From: Alphaproteobacteria bacterium
GTDB lineage: Bacteria > Pseudomonadota > Alphaproteobacteria > Rickettsiales > UBA998
Length of the DNA stretch: 35,610 bases
Direction of reading: 5' to 3'
Assembly (NCBI GenBank): GCA_030430795.1
Contig: JAUIJX010000001.1
Location: forward strand, 1 to 35,610
In this document: in pieces, positions 17,794 through 27,758 of the stretch
Position numbering within the stretch: the stretch's first letter is position 1
How the letters are laid out: the number at the start of each line of letters is the position of its first letter
Made by a program: the position numbers and the translations under genes
The notes under the pieces: generated by a model
Databases searched by the model: none
What the model was told of the DNA's origin: nothing
Seen by the model: the letters and a program-made list of their open reading frames with translations, nothing else

Positions 17794-19126
17794 GTCATTA
17801 TGGGTGCTGATTGCGGTGCTGTGGCTCCTGCCGTGGCAGGCGCAGGCCGTGGTGATCGAAGAAGTGGCGAGCGACAAAGGGGCGAAGGCATGGCTGACGG
17901 AAGCGCATGCCTTACCGATTTTCTCGCTGCGGTTGACGTTCCCCAAGGCCGGGAGTGCCTATGACCCGGATGCCAAGAAGGGGTTGGCGTTGATGGCGGC
18001 GCGAATGCTGCAGGAAGGCTCTGGGGGCAAAGACGCCAAGGCGTTTCAGGAGTATCTCGATTTTCACGCAATTGATCTGGATATCGCCGTCTCAGAAGAC
18101 GATGTGACGGTCAGTATGGAGAGTTTGAGCGAGCATACCGATGTAGCATTCTCGATCCTCTACGATATTTTGCTGGATGCGCAACTGGCGCCGGAAGCGT
18201 TTACGCAGCTCCAGAAAGAAGCGATTTCCGAGCTGAAACAACTCAAGCAAAATCCAAGCTATGTCGCCGGGCTGGCGTTCGATAAGCTGGTGTTCGGCGA
18301 TCATCCGTATGGTGCGCCAGGGCGTGGGACGAAAGAAAGCATTCAGGCCATTCAGCTCGATGATGTGCGGGAGTATCTCACGTCCTGTCTGACGCGTGAG
18401 GGGATGGTGCTGTCGGTGGTGGGGGATATGACCCCGGCGATGCTGGCGGCGAAGATGTCGCAATATCTCGACCCGCTGCCGGAGGTTCGGCAATGTACCG
18501 GTGTGGTGGTGAAGGCCAGCCCGCATTTTGGCAGCGTTGGCCATGAGGGGATGGATGTGCCGCAGACGGTGGTGAAGTTTGCGTTGCCGGGTGTGCCACG
18601 CCAAAACCCGGAATTCTACACGGCGTTTGTGCTGAATCATATGCTCGGTGGGAATGGGCTATCATCACGCGTGGGGACGGCGATCCGTAAGAAGAACGGG
18701 TTGGCCTATTATGCCTATACCTCGCTAGATAATATGGATCAGGCGGCGCTGCTGAAAGGGGTGTTTGCCTCTCGCGCAGAAGAAAAAGACAAGGCGGTTG
18801 CTCTTTTGAAAGAGGCTATCGGTGAGGCTCAGGCCAACGGGTTCGCCGAAGAAGAATTCGATGATGCGATCCTGTTTTTGACCGGGTCGTTCCCGTTGAA
18901 GCTTGATGCCAACTATAAATTGGTAGAATATCTGCAAATGATGCAGCGTTTTGATCTGGGGAAAGATTATCTGGAGATGCGCAATCGTATTATTGAGTCG
19001 GTGACACTCCGGCATGTGAATGCGCTGGCAAAGCGGATTCTTGACCCGGAGAAACTGATATTGCAGTCGGTTGGTCAGGAGCCGAAGACTGCGCCTGAGA
19101 CGGAGTCCACGAACGGGAGGGATTGA
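17780..19126 (+). CDS. M16 family peptidase-like protein lacking the HxxEH motif (probable non-catalytic partner), secreted
   Basis: It has a signal peptide (LLPWQAQA) and M16 fold-type sequence ([16 protein letters not shown] where HxxEH would sit). It overlaps the upstream M16 gene by 14 bp. Confidence 0.82.
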   Translation: MRHRKSLWVLIAVLWLLPWQAQAVVIEEVASDKGAKAWLTEAHALPIFSLRLTFPKAGSAYDPDAKKGLALMAARMLQEGSGGKDAKAFQEYLDFHAIDLDIAVSEDDVTVSMESLSEHTDVAFSILYDILLDAQLAPEAFTQLQKEAISELKQLKQNPSYVAGLAFDKLVFGDHPYGAPGRGTKESIQAIQLDDVREYLTSCLTREGMVLSVVGDMTPAMLAAKMSQYLDPLPEVRQCTGVVVKASPHFGSVGHEGMDVPQTVVKFALPGVPRQNPEFYTAFVLNHMLGGNGLSSRVGTAIRKKNGLAYYAYTSLDNMDQAALLKGVFASRAEEKDKAVALLKEAIGEAQANGFAEEEFDDAILFLTGSFPLKLDANYKLVEYLQMMQRFDLGKDYLEMRNRIIESVTLRHVNALAKRILDPEKLILQSVGQEPKTAPETESTNGRD

Positions 19127-20949
19127 TGACGATCCGTATCCTGCCAAATACCATGATTAACCGTATCGCCGCCGGAGAGGTGGTGGAGCGTCCGGCTTCT
19201 GTGGTGAAAGAGCTGGCGGAGAATGCGATTGACGCCGGGGCGCGTCAGGTCGATGTGATGGTGGAGGCTGGCGGCAAACGCTATATTCGCGTCAGCGATG
19301 ACGGGTGCGGGATGAACAAAGGTGAGATGTTGCTGGCGATTCAACGCCACGCGACTTCCAAGCTGCCGGATGATGATTTGCTGGCGATTCACCATTTTGG
19401 ATTCCGGGGCGAGGCACTGCCTTCCATTGGGTCGGTGAGCCGGATGACATTGACTAGCCGGGCAGAAGGATCAGACGATGGCTGGGCATTGCATGTGGAT
19501 GGCGGAGCCGTAGGTGAACCGGAACCGGCGGCGCGGTCTGTCGGCACCACGGTGGAGATTGCCGATCTGTTTTATGCCACTCCGGCGCGACTGAAATTCC
19601 TCAAGACGGAACGCACGGAAACGCAGGCGATTCAGGATGTGGTGCAGCGGCTAGCGATGGCACATCCGGATGTTGGGTTCAGGCTGACAGTGGATGATAA
19701 GGAGAAATTCCGCGCACAGGCGGAGCAGGGGGCATTGCTGGATGCGCGACTGCCACGGTTAGGCTCGGTGCTGGGTAAGGCGTTTGCCGAGAATGCACTG
19801 GCGATCGACAATGAACGGGAAGGCATTCGCCTGACAGGCTATGCCGGATTGCCGACCTATAACCGAGGGACGTCGATGTATCAGTATCTGTTCGTCAACG
19901 GGCGGCCGGTGCGGGATAAATTGCTGCTGGGGACTGTGCGGGCGGCGTATCAGGATTTTCTGGCGCGTGACCGGCATCCGGTGGTGGCGCTGTTTCTGGA
20001 AATGCCGAGTGAGTGGGTGGATGTGAATGTGCATCCGGCCAAGGCGGAAGTGCGGTTTCGCGATAGCGGAATAGTGCGCGGGTTGATCGTCGGCTCGCTC
20101 AAGCATGCGCTGCAGGAGGCCGGGCATCGTGCATCCACGACGGTATCGGCGACAGCGCTGGGTGCATTGCAGAGTGGCGGTGGCATGCCCGCGACATCCT
20201 ATGCGTATGCGGCGCCATCTTCCTATTCAGCGCCACGTTTTCATGAACCGGCAGCGGCGGGTTCGATGTTTCAGGGGATGCAGGCGGCGCCACAGGCGCG
20301 GGTGATGGAGATGCCGGAAACACGCGAAGAGGTGGCCGGTGCGCCGAACTCAGTCGATGATTTGCGGGATTATCCGCTGGGGGCGGCATGTGCGCAACTG
20401 CATGAGACGTATGTGGTGGCGCAGACGCGCGACGGGATTGTGATTGTCGATCAGCATGCGGCGCATGAGCGGCTGGTCTATGAGGCGATGAAGCAGGCGA
20501 TCGACAAGGAAGGGGTCAAGCGGCAGGCGTTGCTGATCCCGGAAGTGATCGAGCTGGAAGGTGACGGGGCGGCGCGTTTGCTGGCACGCAGTGACGAGCT
20601 GGCGACACTAGGGCTGGTGATCGAAGGTTTCGGCGATCAGACAGTGGTGGTGCGCGCTATTCCGGCGTTGCTGGGCGATGTGGACGTGAGCGGACTGATC
20701 CGTAATCTGGCGGACGACCTAGCGGAATTCGGTGAAACGCTGGCATTGAAGGAAAAGCTGGAAGATGTGTGCGGCACCATGGCCTGTCACGGCAGTGTGC
20801 GCGCCGGACGGCGGCTGAACCGCGACGAAATGAACGCCTTGCTGCGCCATATGGAGCGTACACCGCATTCCGGGCAGTGTAATCACGGGCGCCCGACCTA
20901 TGTGGAGCTAAAACTTAAAGATATCGAAAAGCTATTCGGGCGGCGGTGA
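19126..20949 (+). CDS. mutL: DNA mismatch repair protein MutL
   Basis: The GHKL ATPase motifs [28 protein letters not shown] and DDGCGM are present. The C-terminal region shows ACHGSVRAG and CNHGRPT. ATG 19126 shares one base with the upstream TGA. Confidence 0.93.
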   Translation: MTIRILPNTMINRIAAGEVVERPASVVKELAENAIDAGARQVDVMVEAGGKRYIRVSDDGCGMNKGEMLLAIQRHATSKLPDDDLLAIHHFGFRGEALPSIGSVSRMTLTSRAEGSDDGWALHVDGGAVGEPEPAARSVGTTVEIADLFYATPARLKFLKTERTETQAIQDVVQRLAMAHPDVGFRLTVDDKEKFRAQAEQGALLDARLPRLGSVLGKAFAENALAIDNEREGIRLTGYAGLPTYNRGTSMYQYLFVNGRPVRDKLLLGTVRAAYQDFLARDRHPVVALFLEMPSEWVDVNVHPAKAEVRFRDSGIVRGLIVGSLKHALQEAGHRASTTVSATALGALQSGGGMPATSYAYAAPSSYSAPRFHEPAAAGSMFQGMQAAPQARVMEMPETREEVAGAPNSVDDLRDYPLGAACAQLHETYVVAQTRDGIVIVDQHAAHERLVYEAMKQAIDKEGVKRQALLIPEVIELEGDGAARLLARSDELATLGLVIEGFGDQTVVVRAIPALLGDVDVSGLIRNLADDLAEFGETLALKEKLEDVCGTMACHGSVRAGRRLNRDEMNALLRHMERTPHSGQCNHGRPTYVELKLKDIEKLFGRR

Positions 20950-21000
20950 TGGCTCGCATCCATTGCTTGCATATGCAGAGAAATCCGCTACATTCCGCCT

Positions 21001-22056
21001 ATGTTTAGCTTTACCGTTCTCTATACGCTTATTCTTGCCGTATCCACTTTTCTGCTGGCCGTGATCGGCGTGTTCGGCCTGACCCGGATTCTGCCGCTAT
21101 TATCGGTGATGGATGCGCCGAATGAGCGTAGCAATCACACGGAACCCGTGCCGCGAGGAGGCGGGCTGGCGGTGATTATCGCAAGCTTATGTTTCCTGAT
21201 TGTCGGCGGGGCGCATAGCCAGTTGATTTTTGCCATCATTGCGCTGATGCTGATCTCAATCATGGACGATGTGAAGCCGCAGCCGGTGAAGATCCGTCTG
21301 GCGGCACAAGGCATGGCGGCGCTATTGGTGGTGCTAGGGTTTGATGGAATGGTATTCCAGGGATTGTTGCCGCTGGCACTGGATCGTGCCGTATCGGTGA
21401 TTCTGCTGGTCGGGTTCATCAATTTTTACAATTTCATGGATGGGATCGATGAGCTTACCTCCGTGCAGACGGTCAGCATTGCTGCCGGGTTGCTGGCGGT
21501 GGTAGCGAGTGAGCACAGCCTGCCGAATTATCTGGCGATTGACGGGATTATCGTGGCGGCAGCCGTTGCCGGATTCTGGATTTTCAACCGTCACCCGGCG
21601 AAGATTTTTCTCGGCGATGTCGGGAGTATTCCGCTGGGGCTGATCATGGGGTATTTGCTGCTTAAACTGGCGACTGAAGGCCAGTGGGCGGCGGCATTGA
21701 TTCTGCCAGCCTACTATCTCAGCGATGCCGGGCTGACGTTGCTTGCACGGTTGGGGCGCGGTGAGAAAATCTGGCAGGCGCATTCAAGCCATGCTTATCA
21801 AAGCGCGGTGCGTAACGGGTTGCCGCATGACGAAGTGTCGCACAGTGTGCTGGCGCTCAATATGTTCCTGATTGTTTATGCCGTTGCCAGCCAGCTTGGC
21901 GAGATGGAGGCGATTGCCTCGGTAGGGATGGCCTATATGCTGTCTTTCTTGTTGATGGCGTGGTTTAAGGGCGCACGACCAGTGCGACGCGCTACGGTGA
22001 CGAAGACGGATACACCGGAAGCGGAGGTGATGCCACCGTACGAGGCGCGTGCCTAA
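21001..22056 (+). CDS. Polyprenyl-phosphate HexNAc-1-phosphate transferase (glycosyltransferase family 4, WecA/WbpL/MraY-like)
   Basis: This polytopic membrane protein carries NFYNFMDGIDEL and FLGDVGS motifs. Confidence 0.85.
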   Translation: MFSFTVLYTLILAVSTFLLAVIGVFGLTRILPLLSVMDAPNERSNHTEPVPRGGGLAVIIASLCFLIVGGAHSQLIFAIIALMLISIMDDVKPQPVKIRLAAQGMAALLVVLGFDGMVFQGLLPLALDRAVSVILLVGFINFYNFMDGIDELTSVQTVSIAAGLLAVVASEHSLPNYLAIDGIIVAAAVAGFWIFNRHPAKIFLGDVGSIPLGLIMGYLLLKLATEGQWAAALILPAYYLSDAGLTLLARLGRGEKIWQAHSSHAYQSAVRNGLPHDEVSHSVLALNMFLIVYAVASQLGEMEAIASVGMAYMLSFLLMAWFKGARPVRRATVTKTDTPEAEVMPPYEARA

Positions 22057-23935
22057 TCTCAAGAAAAGTCTGATTTCAGCAATCCATGATAGCATCATGG
22101 CGGTTGCCAGTTTTGGCATTGCGCTCTATTTGCGTCTCGGCGACGAGATGATGGCTATGACGGCGCCGTATCTCGGTTGGGGGAGCGGGCTGTTTGTGCT
22201 GATTTTCGCAGCGGTGGCGTATGGATTCACGCTGCATCGCGGAGTGTGGCGCTATGTGTCGATCCGCGAATTGTTCACCATCGCACGGGTGGTGGTGGTC
22301 AGTATCGTGCTGTTTTATCTGGTGCTGTTCGTGATTAACCGGCTGGAAGGGGTACCGCGTTCAGTGCCATTTATCCATATGATGGTGCTGGGGGCATCGC
22401 TGGCCGGGACGCGAATAGCCTACCGTGCTTTCCGTGACCGCAGTGTGATGCAGATCGCTAAGGAATCATCGGCGATCCCGGTGTTGCTGGTGGGGTATAA
22501 GCTCAATGCCGAGCAGTTCATTCGTGATTTGCAGGCGAACCCTGCGGCGCTCTATCGCGTGGTTGGGATCATCGACCGCGATACCGGGCAGCACGGGCGT
22601 CAGGTGCATGGGGTGTCGATCCTCGGCGGTGTGGACGATGTGGAGGCGGTGATAGAGAAACTATCCGCTGCCGGACAACGCCCGCAACGGGTGATTCTGA
22701 GTCAGGATTATCTGGATCATGAGACGGTGTCGGCACTGCTCGATGTGTGCGATGCCAAGGGAATGACACTCTCGCGACTGCCGCGCCTGACCGATTTCCA
22801 GCGCAGCATGGAAGAGGCGACGACGCTGAAGCCGATTGCGATTGAGGATATTCTGGGGCGGGCGCAGAACACACATGACCGCGACGGTATGCGGGCGCTG
22901 ATCGCCGGGAAGACGGTGCTGGTGACCGGGGCGGGCGGCACGATCGGCGGGGAGTTGTCGCGACAGGTTGCCGGATTTCTGCCCAAGCAATTGGTGTTGC
23001 TGGATGCATCGGAATATAATCTCTACACCATCGATCAAGAGGTTCGCCGCCTGTCCTCTGAGATTCCGGTGGAAATGGTGCTGGCGGATGTGCGCGATAA
23101 GGCCGCCGTGCAGCATCATATGAAGCGGATCAAACCGGATATCGTGTTTCATGCAGCGGCGATCAAGCATGTGCCGATTGCCGAGGCGAATGAAGAAGAG
23201 GCAGCACTGACCAATGTATTCGGCACCCGGCATGTGGCCGATGCGGCGCAGGCGGAAAAAGTGAAAACGATGGTGGTGATTTCCACCGATAAGGCGGTGA
23301 ACCCGACCAATGTGATGGGGGCTTGCAAGCGGCTGGCAGAGTATTACTGCCAGTATGCGGCGCGCAATAAACCGGATGTGACACGGTTTGTGACGGTGCG
23401 GTTTGGTAATGTGCTGGGCTCGACCGGATCGGTGGTGCCGCTGTTTCAGAAACAACTGGAGGCCGGAGGGCCGTTGACGGTGACGCATCCCGATATGGAG
23501 CGGTATTTCATGACGGTTCGGGAGGCGGTGGAACTGGTGATCCAGTCGGCGGTGCTGAGTCAGGATATGCAGCAGAAAGACGGGTTCGTGTTTGTGCTGG
23601 ATATGGGTAAACCGGTGAAAATCAGCGATATGGCCAAGCAGATGATCCGGCTGGCCGGGCTGAAACCGGATGAGGATATTCAGATCAGTTATACCGGGCT
23701 GCGTCCGGGCGAGAAGCTCTATGAAGAGCTGTTTTATGATGCCGAGGCGCTTGCAAATACCGAACATGCCGGGATTATGCAGGCGACGGTGCATGCGCCA
23801 GCCACGGAAACACTTGCAGAAGCGCTGGAAAGGCTTTATGACGCATGTCACGCACGGGACGCACAGTCCGTCAGGCAACTGCTTCAGCAACTGGTCCCGG
23901 AATTTCAATCGCAGGCGGCGACCGACGCCGCATAA
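22049..23935 (+). CDS. Membrane-anchored nucleotide-sugar 4,6-dehydratase/epimerase (CapD/WbpM/PglF family)
   Basis: Four N-terminal TM helices precede a Rossmann motif [12 protein letters not shown] and [20 protein letters not shown]. The GTG start overlaps the GT4 gene by 8 bp. Confidence 0.87.
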   Translation: MPNLKKSLISAIHDSIMAVASFGIALYLRLGDEMMAMTAPYLGWGSGLFVLIFAAVAYGFTLHRGVWRYVSIRELFTIARVVVVSIVLFYLVLFVINRLEGVPRSVPFIHMMVLGASLAGTRIAYRAFRDRSVMQIAKESSAIPVLLVGYKLNAEQFIRDLQANPAALYRVVGIIDRDTGQHGRQVHGVSILGGVDDVEAVIEKLSAAGQRPQRVILSQDYLDHETVSALLDVCDAKGMTLSRLPRLTDFQRSMEEATTLKPIAIEDILGRAQNTHDRDGMRALIAGKTVLVTGAGGTIGGELSRQVAGFLPKQLVLLDASEYNLYTIDQEVRRLSSEIPVEMVLADVRDKAAVQHHMKRIKPDIVFHAAAIKHVPIAEANEEEAALTNVFGTRHVADAAQAEKVKTMVVISTDKAVNPTNVMGACKRLAEYYCQYAARNKPDVTRFVTVRFGNVLGSTGSVVPLFQKQLEAGGPLTVTHPDMERYFMTVREAVELVIQSAVLSQDMQQKDGFVFVLDMGKPVKISDMAKQMIRLAGLKPDEDIQISYTGLRPGEKLYEELFYDAEALANTEHAGIMQATVHAPATETLAEALERLYDACHARDAQSVRQLLQQLVPEFQSQAATDAA

Positions 23936-23952
23936 CCATGACGGGGTATGGG

Positions 23953-25500
23953 ATGACTGCTTCAATTCGCACGGCGCTGGTGTCCGTGTCAGACAAAACC
24001 GGTATTGTTGATTTTTGCCGCTTTCTGGAAAAGCAAGGGGTGGCGATTCTCTCGACGGGAGGGACGTCCGCGCTGCTGAAGAAAGAAGGCGTGGCGGTGA
24101 CCGATGTGGCCGATTATACCGGGTTCCCGGAGATGATGGACGGGCGCGTGAAGACGCTGCACCCGAAAGTACATGGCGGGATTCTCGGCAAACGCTCCGA
24201 TACAGCGCATATGGATGCGGCGAGCACACATGACATTCAGATGATCGATCTGGTGGTGATCAATCTCTACCCGTTTGAAGCAACGGTGGCGCGGGGCGCA
24301 GGGGATGACGAGGTGATCGAGAATATCGATATTGGCGGGCCGTCGATGGTGCGCTCGGCCGCGAAGAATCATGAGGATGTGACGATCATCGTCGACCCGG
24401 CGGATTATGCGACGGTGCAGGAAGAGATGGTAAACGGAAGCGGTGCGACATCGCTGGAGACGCGCCGGATGCTGGCCGGAAAAGCTTATGCCCGTACGGC
24501 AGCTTATGATGCGGCGATCAGCCAGTGGTTCGCCAGCAAGGCAGATGGCATGCCGGTACAGTTTGCGGTTTCCGCAGCGCTCAAGCAATCCCTGCGCTAC
24601 GGTGAGAATCCGCATCAGAATGCCGCGTTTTATCAGGTGGGCAGCGGCGAAGGCACGCTGGCCGGGGCGCGGCAGATTCAGGGAAAAGAGCTTAGTTATA
24701 ACAATATCAATGATACCGATGCGGCGCTGGCGCTGGTGCGTGAGTTCGAGCAGCCAACGGTGGCGATTATCAAACACGCCAACCCGTGCGGGGTGGCCTC
24801 AGCCGAGAGCATGCTGCAGGCGTATGAGAATGCTTTCTCCTGTGACCCGCAAAGTGCGTTTGGCGGGATTATTGCGCTGAACCGGGCGCTGGATGCCAAG
24901 ACGGCGGAAGCGATTTCCAAGCAATTCGCCGAGGTGATTATTGCGCCCGATGCGACGCCCGATGCGCTGGAACTGATGGCCGGGAAGAAGAATCTGCGTA
25001 TCCTGCTGACCGGGGACGCCACACCGAATGCGATGCCGTATACTATCACGACGGTCTCCGGCGGGTTGCTGGTGCAGCAGCCGGATGCGGCAGTGCTGGA
25101 TGAGTCGGCACTGACGGTAGTGACCAAGCGTCAACCAAGCGAGGCAGAGATGGCCGATCTGCGCTTTGCGTTTGCGGTGGGCAAGCATGTGAAATCGAAC
25201 GCGATCGTGATGGCGCGCGGCGGCATGACAGTCGGTATCGGCGCCGGGCAGATGAGCCGGGTAGACAGCGTGCGCATTGCCTCATGGAAGGCCGGTGAAG
25301 CCAAGCTGGGCACAAAAGGCGCAGTGCTGGCTTCCGATGCGTTCTTCCCGTTCGATGATAATATCCATTCGGCGGCAGAGGCGGGCATCACCGCGATCAT
25401 TCAGCCGGGCGGTTCCATTCGTGACGATGAAGTGATTGCCGCCGCGGATAAGTATGATATGGCGATGGTGTTCACTGGCATGCGCCATTTCAGGCATTAG
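23953..25500 (+). CDS. purH: Bifunctional AICAR transformylase / IMP cyclohydrolase
   Basis: Motifs [17 protein letters not shown] and QPGGSIRD are present, and the protein ends TGMRHFRH. The start is set at ATG 23953 ([15 protein letters not shown]). Confidence 0.95.
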   Translation: MTASIRTALVSVSDKTGIVDFCRFLEKQGVAILSTGGTSALLKKEGVAVTDVADYTGFPEMMDGRVKTLHPKVHGGILGKRSDTAHMDAASTHDIQMIDLVVINLYPFEATVARGAGDDEVIENIDIGGPSMVRSAAKNHEDVTIIVDPADYATVQEEMVNGSGATSLETRRMLAGKAYARTAAYDAAISQWFASKADGMPVQFAVSAALKQSLRYGENPHQNAAFYQVGSGEGTLAGARQIQGKELSYNNINDTDAALALVREFEQPTVAIIKHANPCGVASAESMLQAYENAFSCDPQSAFGGIIALNRALDAKTAEAISKQFAEVIIAPDATPDALELMAGKKNLRILLTGDATPNAMPYTITTVSGGLLVQQPDAAVLDESALTVVTKRQPSEAEMADLRFAFAVGKHVKSNAIVMARGGMTVGIGAGQMSRVDSVRIASWKAGEAKLGTKGAVLASDAFFPFDDNIHSAAEAGITAIIQPGGSIRDDEVIAAADKYDMAMVFTGMRHFRH

Positions 25501-25502
25501 CG

Positions 25503-25716
25503 CTTCTTTCTTCTATCGCCCTGTGCGTTGTCGCGTATCAGCTTGTGTAGGATTTTCTACACGTCGCTTCACGCTCCTCGCACAGAACAACATAAGAAAG
25601 AAGCAATTTCGGGAGAACACGGTATTCTCCATCTCGTGACAACACTGTTTAGAAGACCTCGCATATTTAATACTGCTTCACGCTCCTCGCACAGAGAACA
25701 ATAGAAGAAAGAAGCA
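25503..25716. repeat. 214-bp intergenic element bounded by perfect 15-bp terminal inverted repeats (MITE- or palindromic-element-like)
   Basis: GCTTCTTTCTTCTAT at 25503-25517 is the exact reverse complement of ATAGAAGAAAGAAGC at 25702-25716. The pairing extends imperfectly through CGCACAG to about 26 nt. Internal short hairpins are GTGTAG-N6-CTACAC (25546-25563) and GGAGAA-N7-TTCTCC (25613-25631). Confidence 0.55.
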
Positions 25717-25720
25717 ATTC
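25567..25720. repeat. Two imperfect direct repeats (~43 and ~45 bp) separated by 66 bp
   Basis: The copies lie at 25567-25609 and 25676-25720. They share an identical first 21 nt (GCTTCACGCTCCTCGCACAGA) and an identical last 15 nt (AAGAAAGAAGCAATT), with small indels between. Confidence 0.7.
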
Positions 25721-25725
25721 TCAAA

Positions 25726-26565
25726 TTAAATGCCGCGGCCCTGACCCTGGGACTGGCTGATGGCGTTTTCGACGAATTTTCCGGCGATGTTCATGCCCTG
25801 CGCGGCGAGGCGTTTGACCGTCTCTTTGGCATCCTCATAGACCGCTAGTTGCGCCAGCGAGTAACTGGTTGCTGCAGTCTGGATGGCATTGATTTCCTGA
25901 TGCAGTTTTTCTGTGGTCTCATGCACTTTGGTGGACATATTGGCCAGATCCGGCCCAGCTTCTTTCTGCGCCTGAATCAATTGCAGAATGGCAGCGCGGA
26001 GTTCGTCATGCTCCAGATGATGCACGGCGGTGATGAGGTCGGTCATGTCGATGTCGCCGTTGCTGAGCTTTTGCATCAAATCTTCCAGCGTCTGGCAGTC
26101 TTCCACCAGCATGGTGGCTTCTTCGGTGCGGATCTGGGCGTTGTTATCAGCCTTCTCGGAAAAGATGGCGGCGAAGAGGACGGTGTAGTCTTTATACAGT
26201 TGCACCAGATGCTGGCGGGTGTCGCGATCCGGGCGGGGAAACTCGCCGCTATCGCTATCCACAGCGACGTCGGTATGTGGAGATAGATGGGTGTCCGAGC
26301 GGCCATGCAACAGCGGCTTGGCCTGAATATGGCGCAGCATGCCGATGTCGTAAGCGAGACGTTCCACCGAAAGGCGGCTGTGTTTGCTGCCGTCGTCTTC
26401 GCCGGAGGTCAGGGCACGCACGGCATCGTGATAATATTCGATACGCGGGCGGTAATCACCTTCCCGACCGAAAATCTGATGCGCGGCTTCGATGGCACGG
26501 ATGTCCTCATACTGGCGAGACATGATGCCGATCAGCGCCTGGGCCTCTTGAGAGAATTCTGGCAT
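25726..26565 (-). CDS. Hypothetical protein (279 aa, predicted mostly helical, acidic)
   Basis: The long ORF has the typical local codon usage. It has no signal peptide, no TM segment and no motif I recognise. ATG 26565 is preceded by TATAAT 14 nt upstream on its strand. Confidence 0.65.
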   Translation of the reverse strand: MPEFSQEAQALIGIMSRQYEDIRAIEAAHQIFGREGDYRPRIEYYHDAVRALTSGEDDGSKHSRLSVERLAYDIGMLRHIQAKPLLHGRSDTHLSPHTDVAVDSDSGEFPRPDRDTRQHLVQLYKDYTVLFAAIFSEKADNNAQIRTEEATMLVEDCQTLEDLMQKLSNGDIDMTDLITAVHHLEHDELRAAILQLIQAQKEAGPDLANMSTKVHETTEKLHQEINAIQTAATSYSLAQLAVYEDAKETVKRLAAQGMNIAGKFVENAISQSQGQGRGI

Positions 26566-26594
26566 AGCATTCCATTATACAGTATCTGGAGACC

Positions 26595-27758
26595 ATGCCT
26601 ACTGCAACGCATGCCGCTCCGCAAGCGATGAATGAGCCGCCCGCGCTGGCGGTCTATCTGCATTGGCCGTTCTGTAAGAGCAAATGCCCGTATTGCGATT
26701 TCAACAGCCATGTGCGCGACACAGTGGATCAGGCGCGCTGGCAGCGGGCGATGCTGACGGAACTGGCGACGATGGCCGAGCGGGTGGGGCCGCGGCGGGT
26801 GGTGAGTATTTTCTTCGGAGGCGGGACACCGTCGTTGATGCCGCCGGAGACAGCGGCGGCGTTGATTGAGGCGGTACAGACATACTGGCCGGGAGAGGTG
26901 CCGGAGATTACGCTGGAAGCGAACCCGACATCGGTGGAGGCCGAGGCGTTTCGGGCATTCCGTGATGCCGGGGTGAATCGCCTGTCGCTCGGTATTCAGG
27001 CGCTGAATGCCGATGATTTGGGGTTTCTGGGGCGAGAGCATTCGGTGGAGGAAGCGCTGGCGGCACTCCGTCTGGCGCAGGAGACATTTCCGCGCTATTC
27101 CTTCGATTTGATTTACGCCCGCCCCGGACAGAATGTGGCAGGCTGGACAGCGGAATTACAGGAAGCACTGTCTTATGCCGGGGATCATCTGTCGCTTTAT
27201 CAGCTGACGATTGAGCCGGATACCCCGTTTGCGCGCTTCTACCGTGCCGGGGATTTTCAACTGCCGGACGACGAGACGGCAGCGGCGCTTTATGAGACGA
27301 CGGAAGCGCTGTTGCGGGACGCCGGGCTTGCGGCATATGAGGTGTCCAATTATGCCCGCCCCAGTGCGGCGTGCCGGCATAATCTGGCCTATTGGCGTGG
27401 GGAGGATTATCTGGGGGTTGGCCCCGGCGCGCATGGGCGGCTGAGCGATGCAGATGGATGTTATGCCACGTCTACGTATCGCTCGCCGGAGCGCTGGCTG
27501 GAGCGGGTGGAGCGTGATGGGCAGGCGCTGGAGACGGATAGCCTGCTTTCACCGGAAGAGCGGCGGCAAGAGATGGTGATGACCGGGCTGCGGCTGATGG
27601 AAGGGATTACGCTGGACGATTATCGTGACCTGCTGCGCCCGGACAAGCTGGCGCATTATCTGGCGTGCGGGTTGCTGGAGCAGGAAGGCGAGCTGTTGCG
27701 CACGACACCGGAGGGTCGGCTGGTGCTGAACCGTTTGATTGGCGAGTTACTGATCTAG
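26595..27758 (+). CDS. hemW: Radical SAM heme chaperone HemW (HemN-like, oxygen-independent coproporphyrinogen oxidase family)
   Basis: LAVYLHWPFCKSKCPYCDF (CxxxCxxC radical SAM cluster) and GGGTPS are present, and the ~387 aa length fits. GGAGA lies before ATG 26595. An alternative ATG lies at 26628. Confidence 0.9.
   Translation: MPTATHAAPQAMNEPPALAVYLHWPFCKSKCPYCDFNSHVRDTVDQARWQRAMLTELATMAERVGPRRVVSIFFGGGTPSLMPPETAAALIEAVQTYWPGEVPEITLEANPTSVEAEAFRAFRDAGVNRLSLGIQALNADDLGFLGREHSVEEALAALRLAQETFPRYSFDLIYARPGQNVAGWTAELQEALSYAGDHLSLYQLTIEPDTPFARFYRAGDFQLPDDETAAALYETTEALLRDAGLAAYEVSNYARPSAACRHNLAYWRGEDYLGVGPGAHGRLSDADGCYATSTYRSPERWLERVERDGQALETDSLLSPEERRQEMVMTGLRLMEGITLDDYRDLLRPDKLAHYLACGLLEQEGELLRTTPEGRLVLNRLIGELLI

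Noticed and set aside
22661-24229. 522-aa ORF on the minus strand spanning the capD-like gene and the start of purH.
   Set aside because: It is antisense to two confidently identified genes. It is extremely Arg/His/Pro-rich low-complexity sequence with no recognisable domain. It is a shadow ORF of GC-rich coding DNA.
25649-25665. TTTAGAA half-site resembling the rhizobial iron control element (TTTAGAA-N3-TTCTAAA).
   Set aside because: The second half-site is absent (the sequence reads GAC-CTCGCAT), so this is only a 7-mer match.
25567-25720. Possible mini-CRISPR: two ~43-bp direct repeats with a 66-bp spacer.
   Set aside because: There are only two copies, they are imperfect with indels, and the spacer is too long. 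One repeat is part of a terminal inverted repeat, and there are no cas genes in the window. A MITE-like or palindromic element explains it better.
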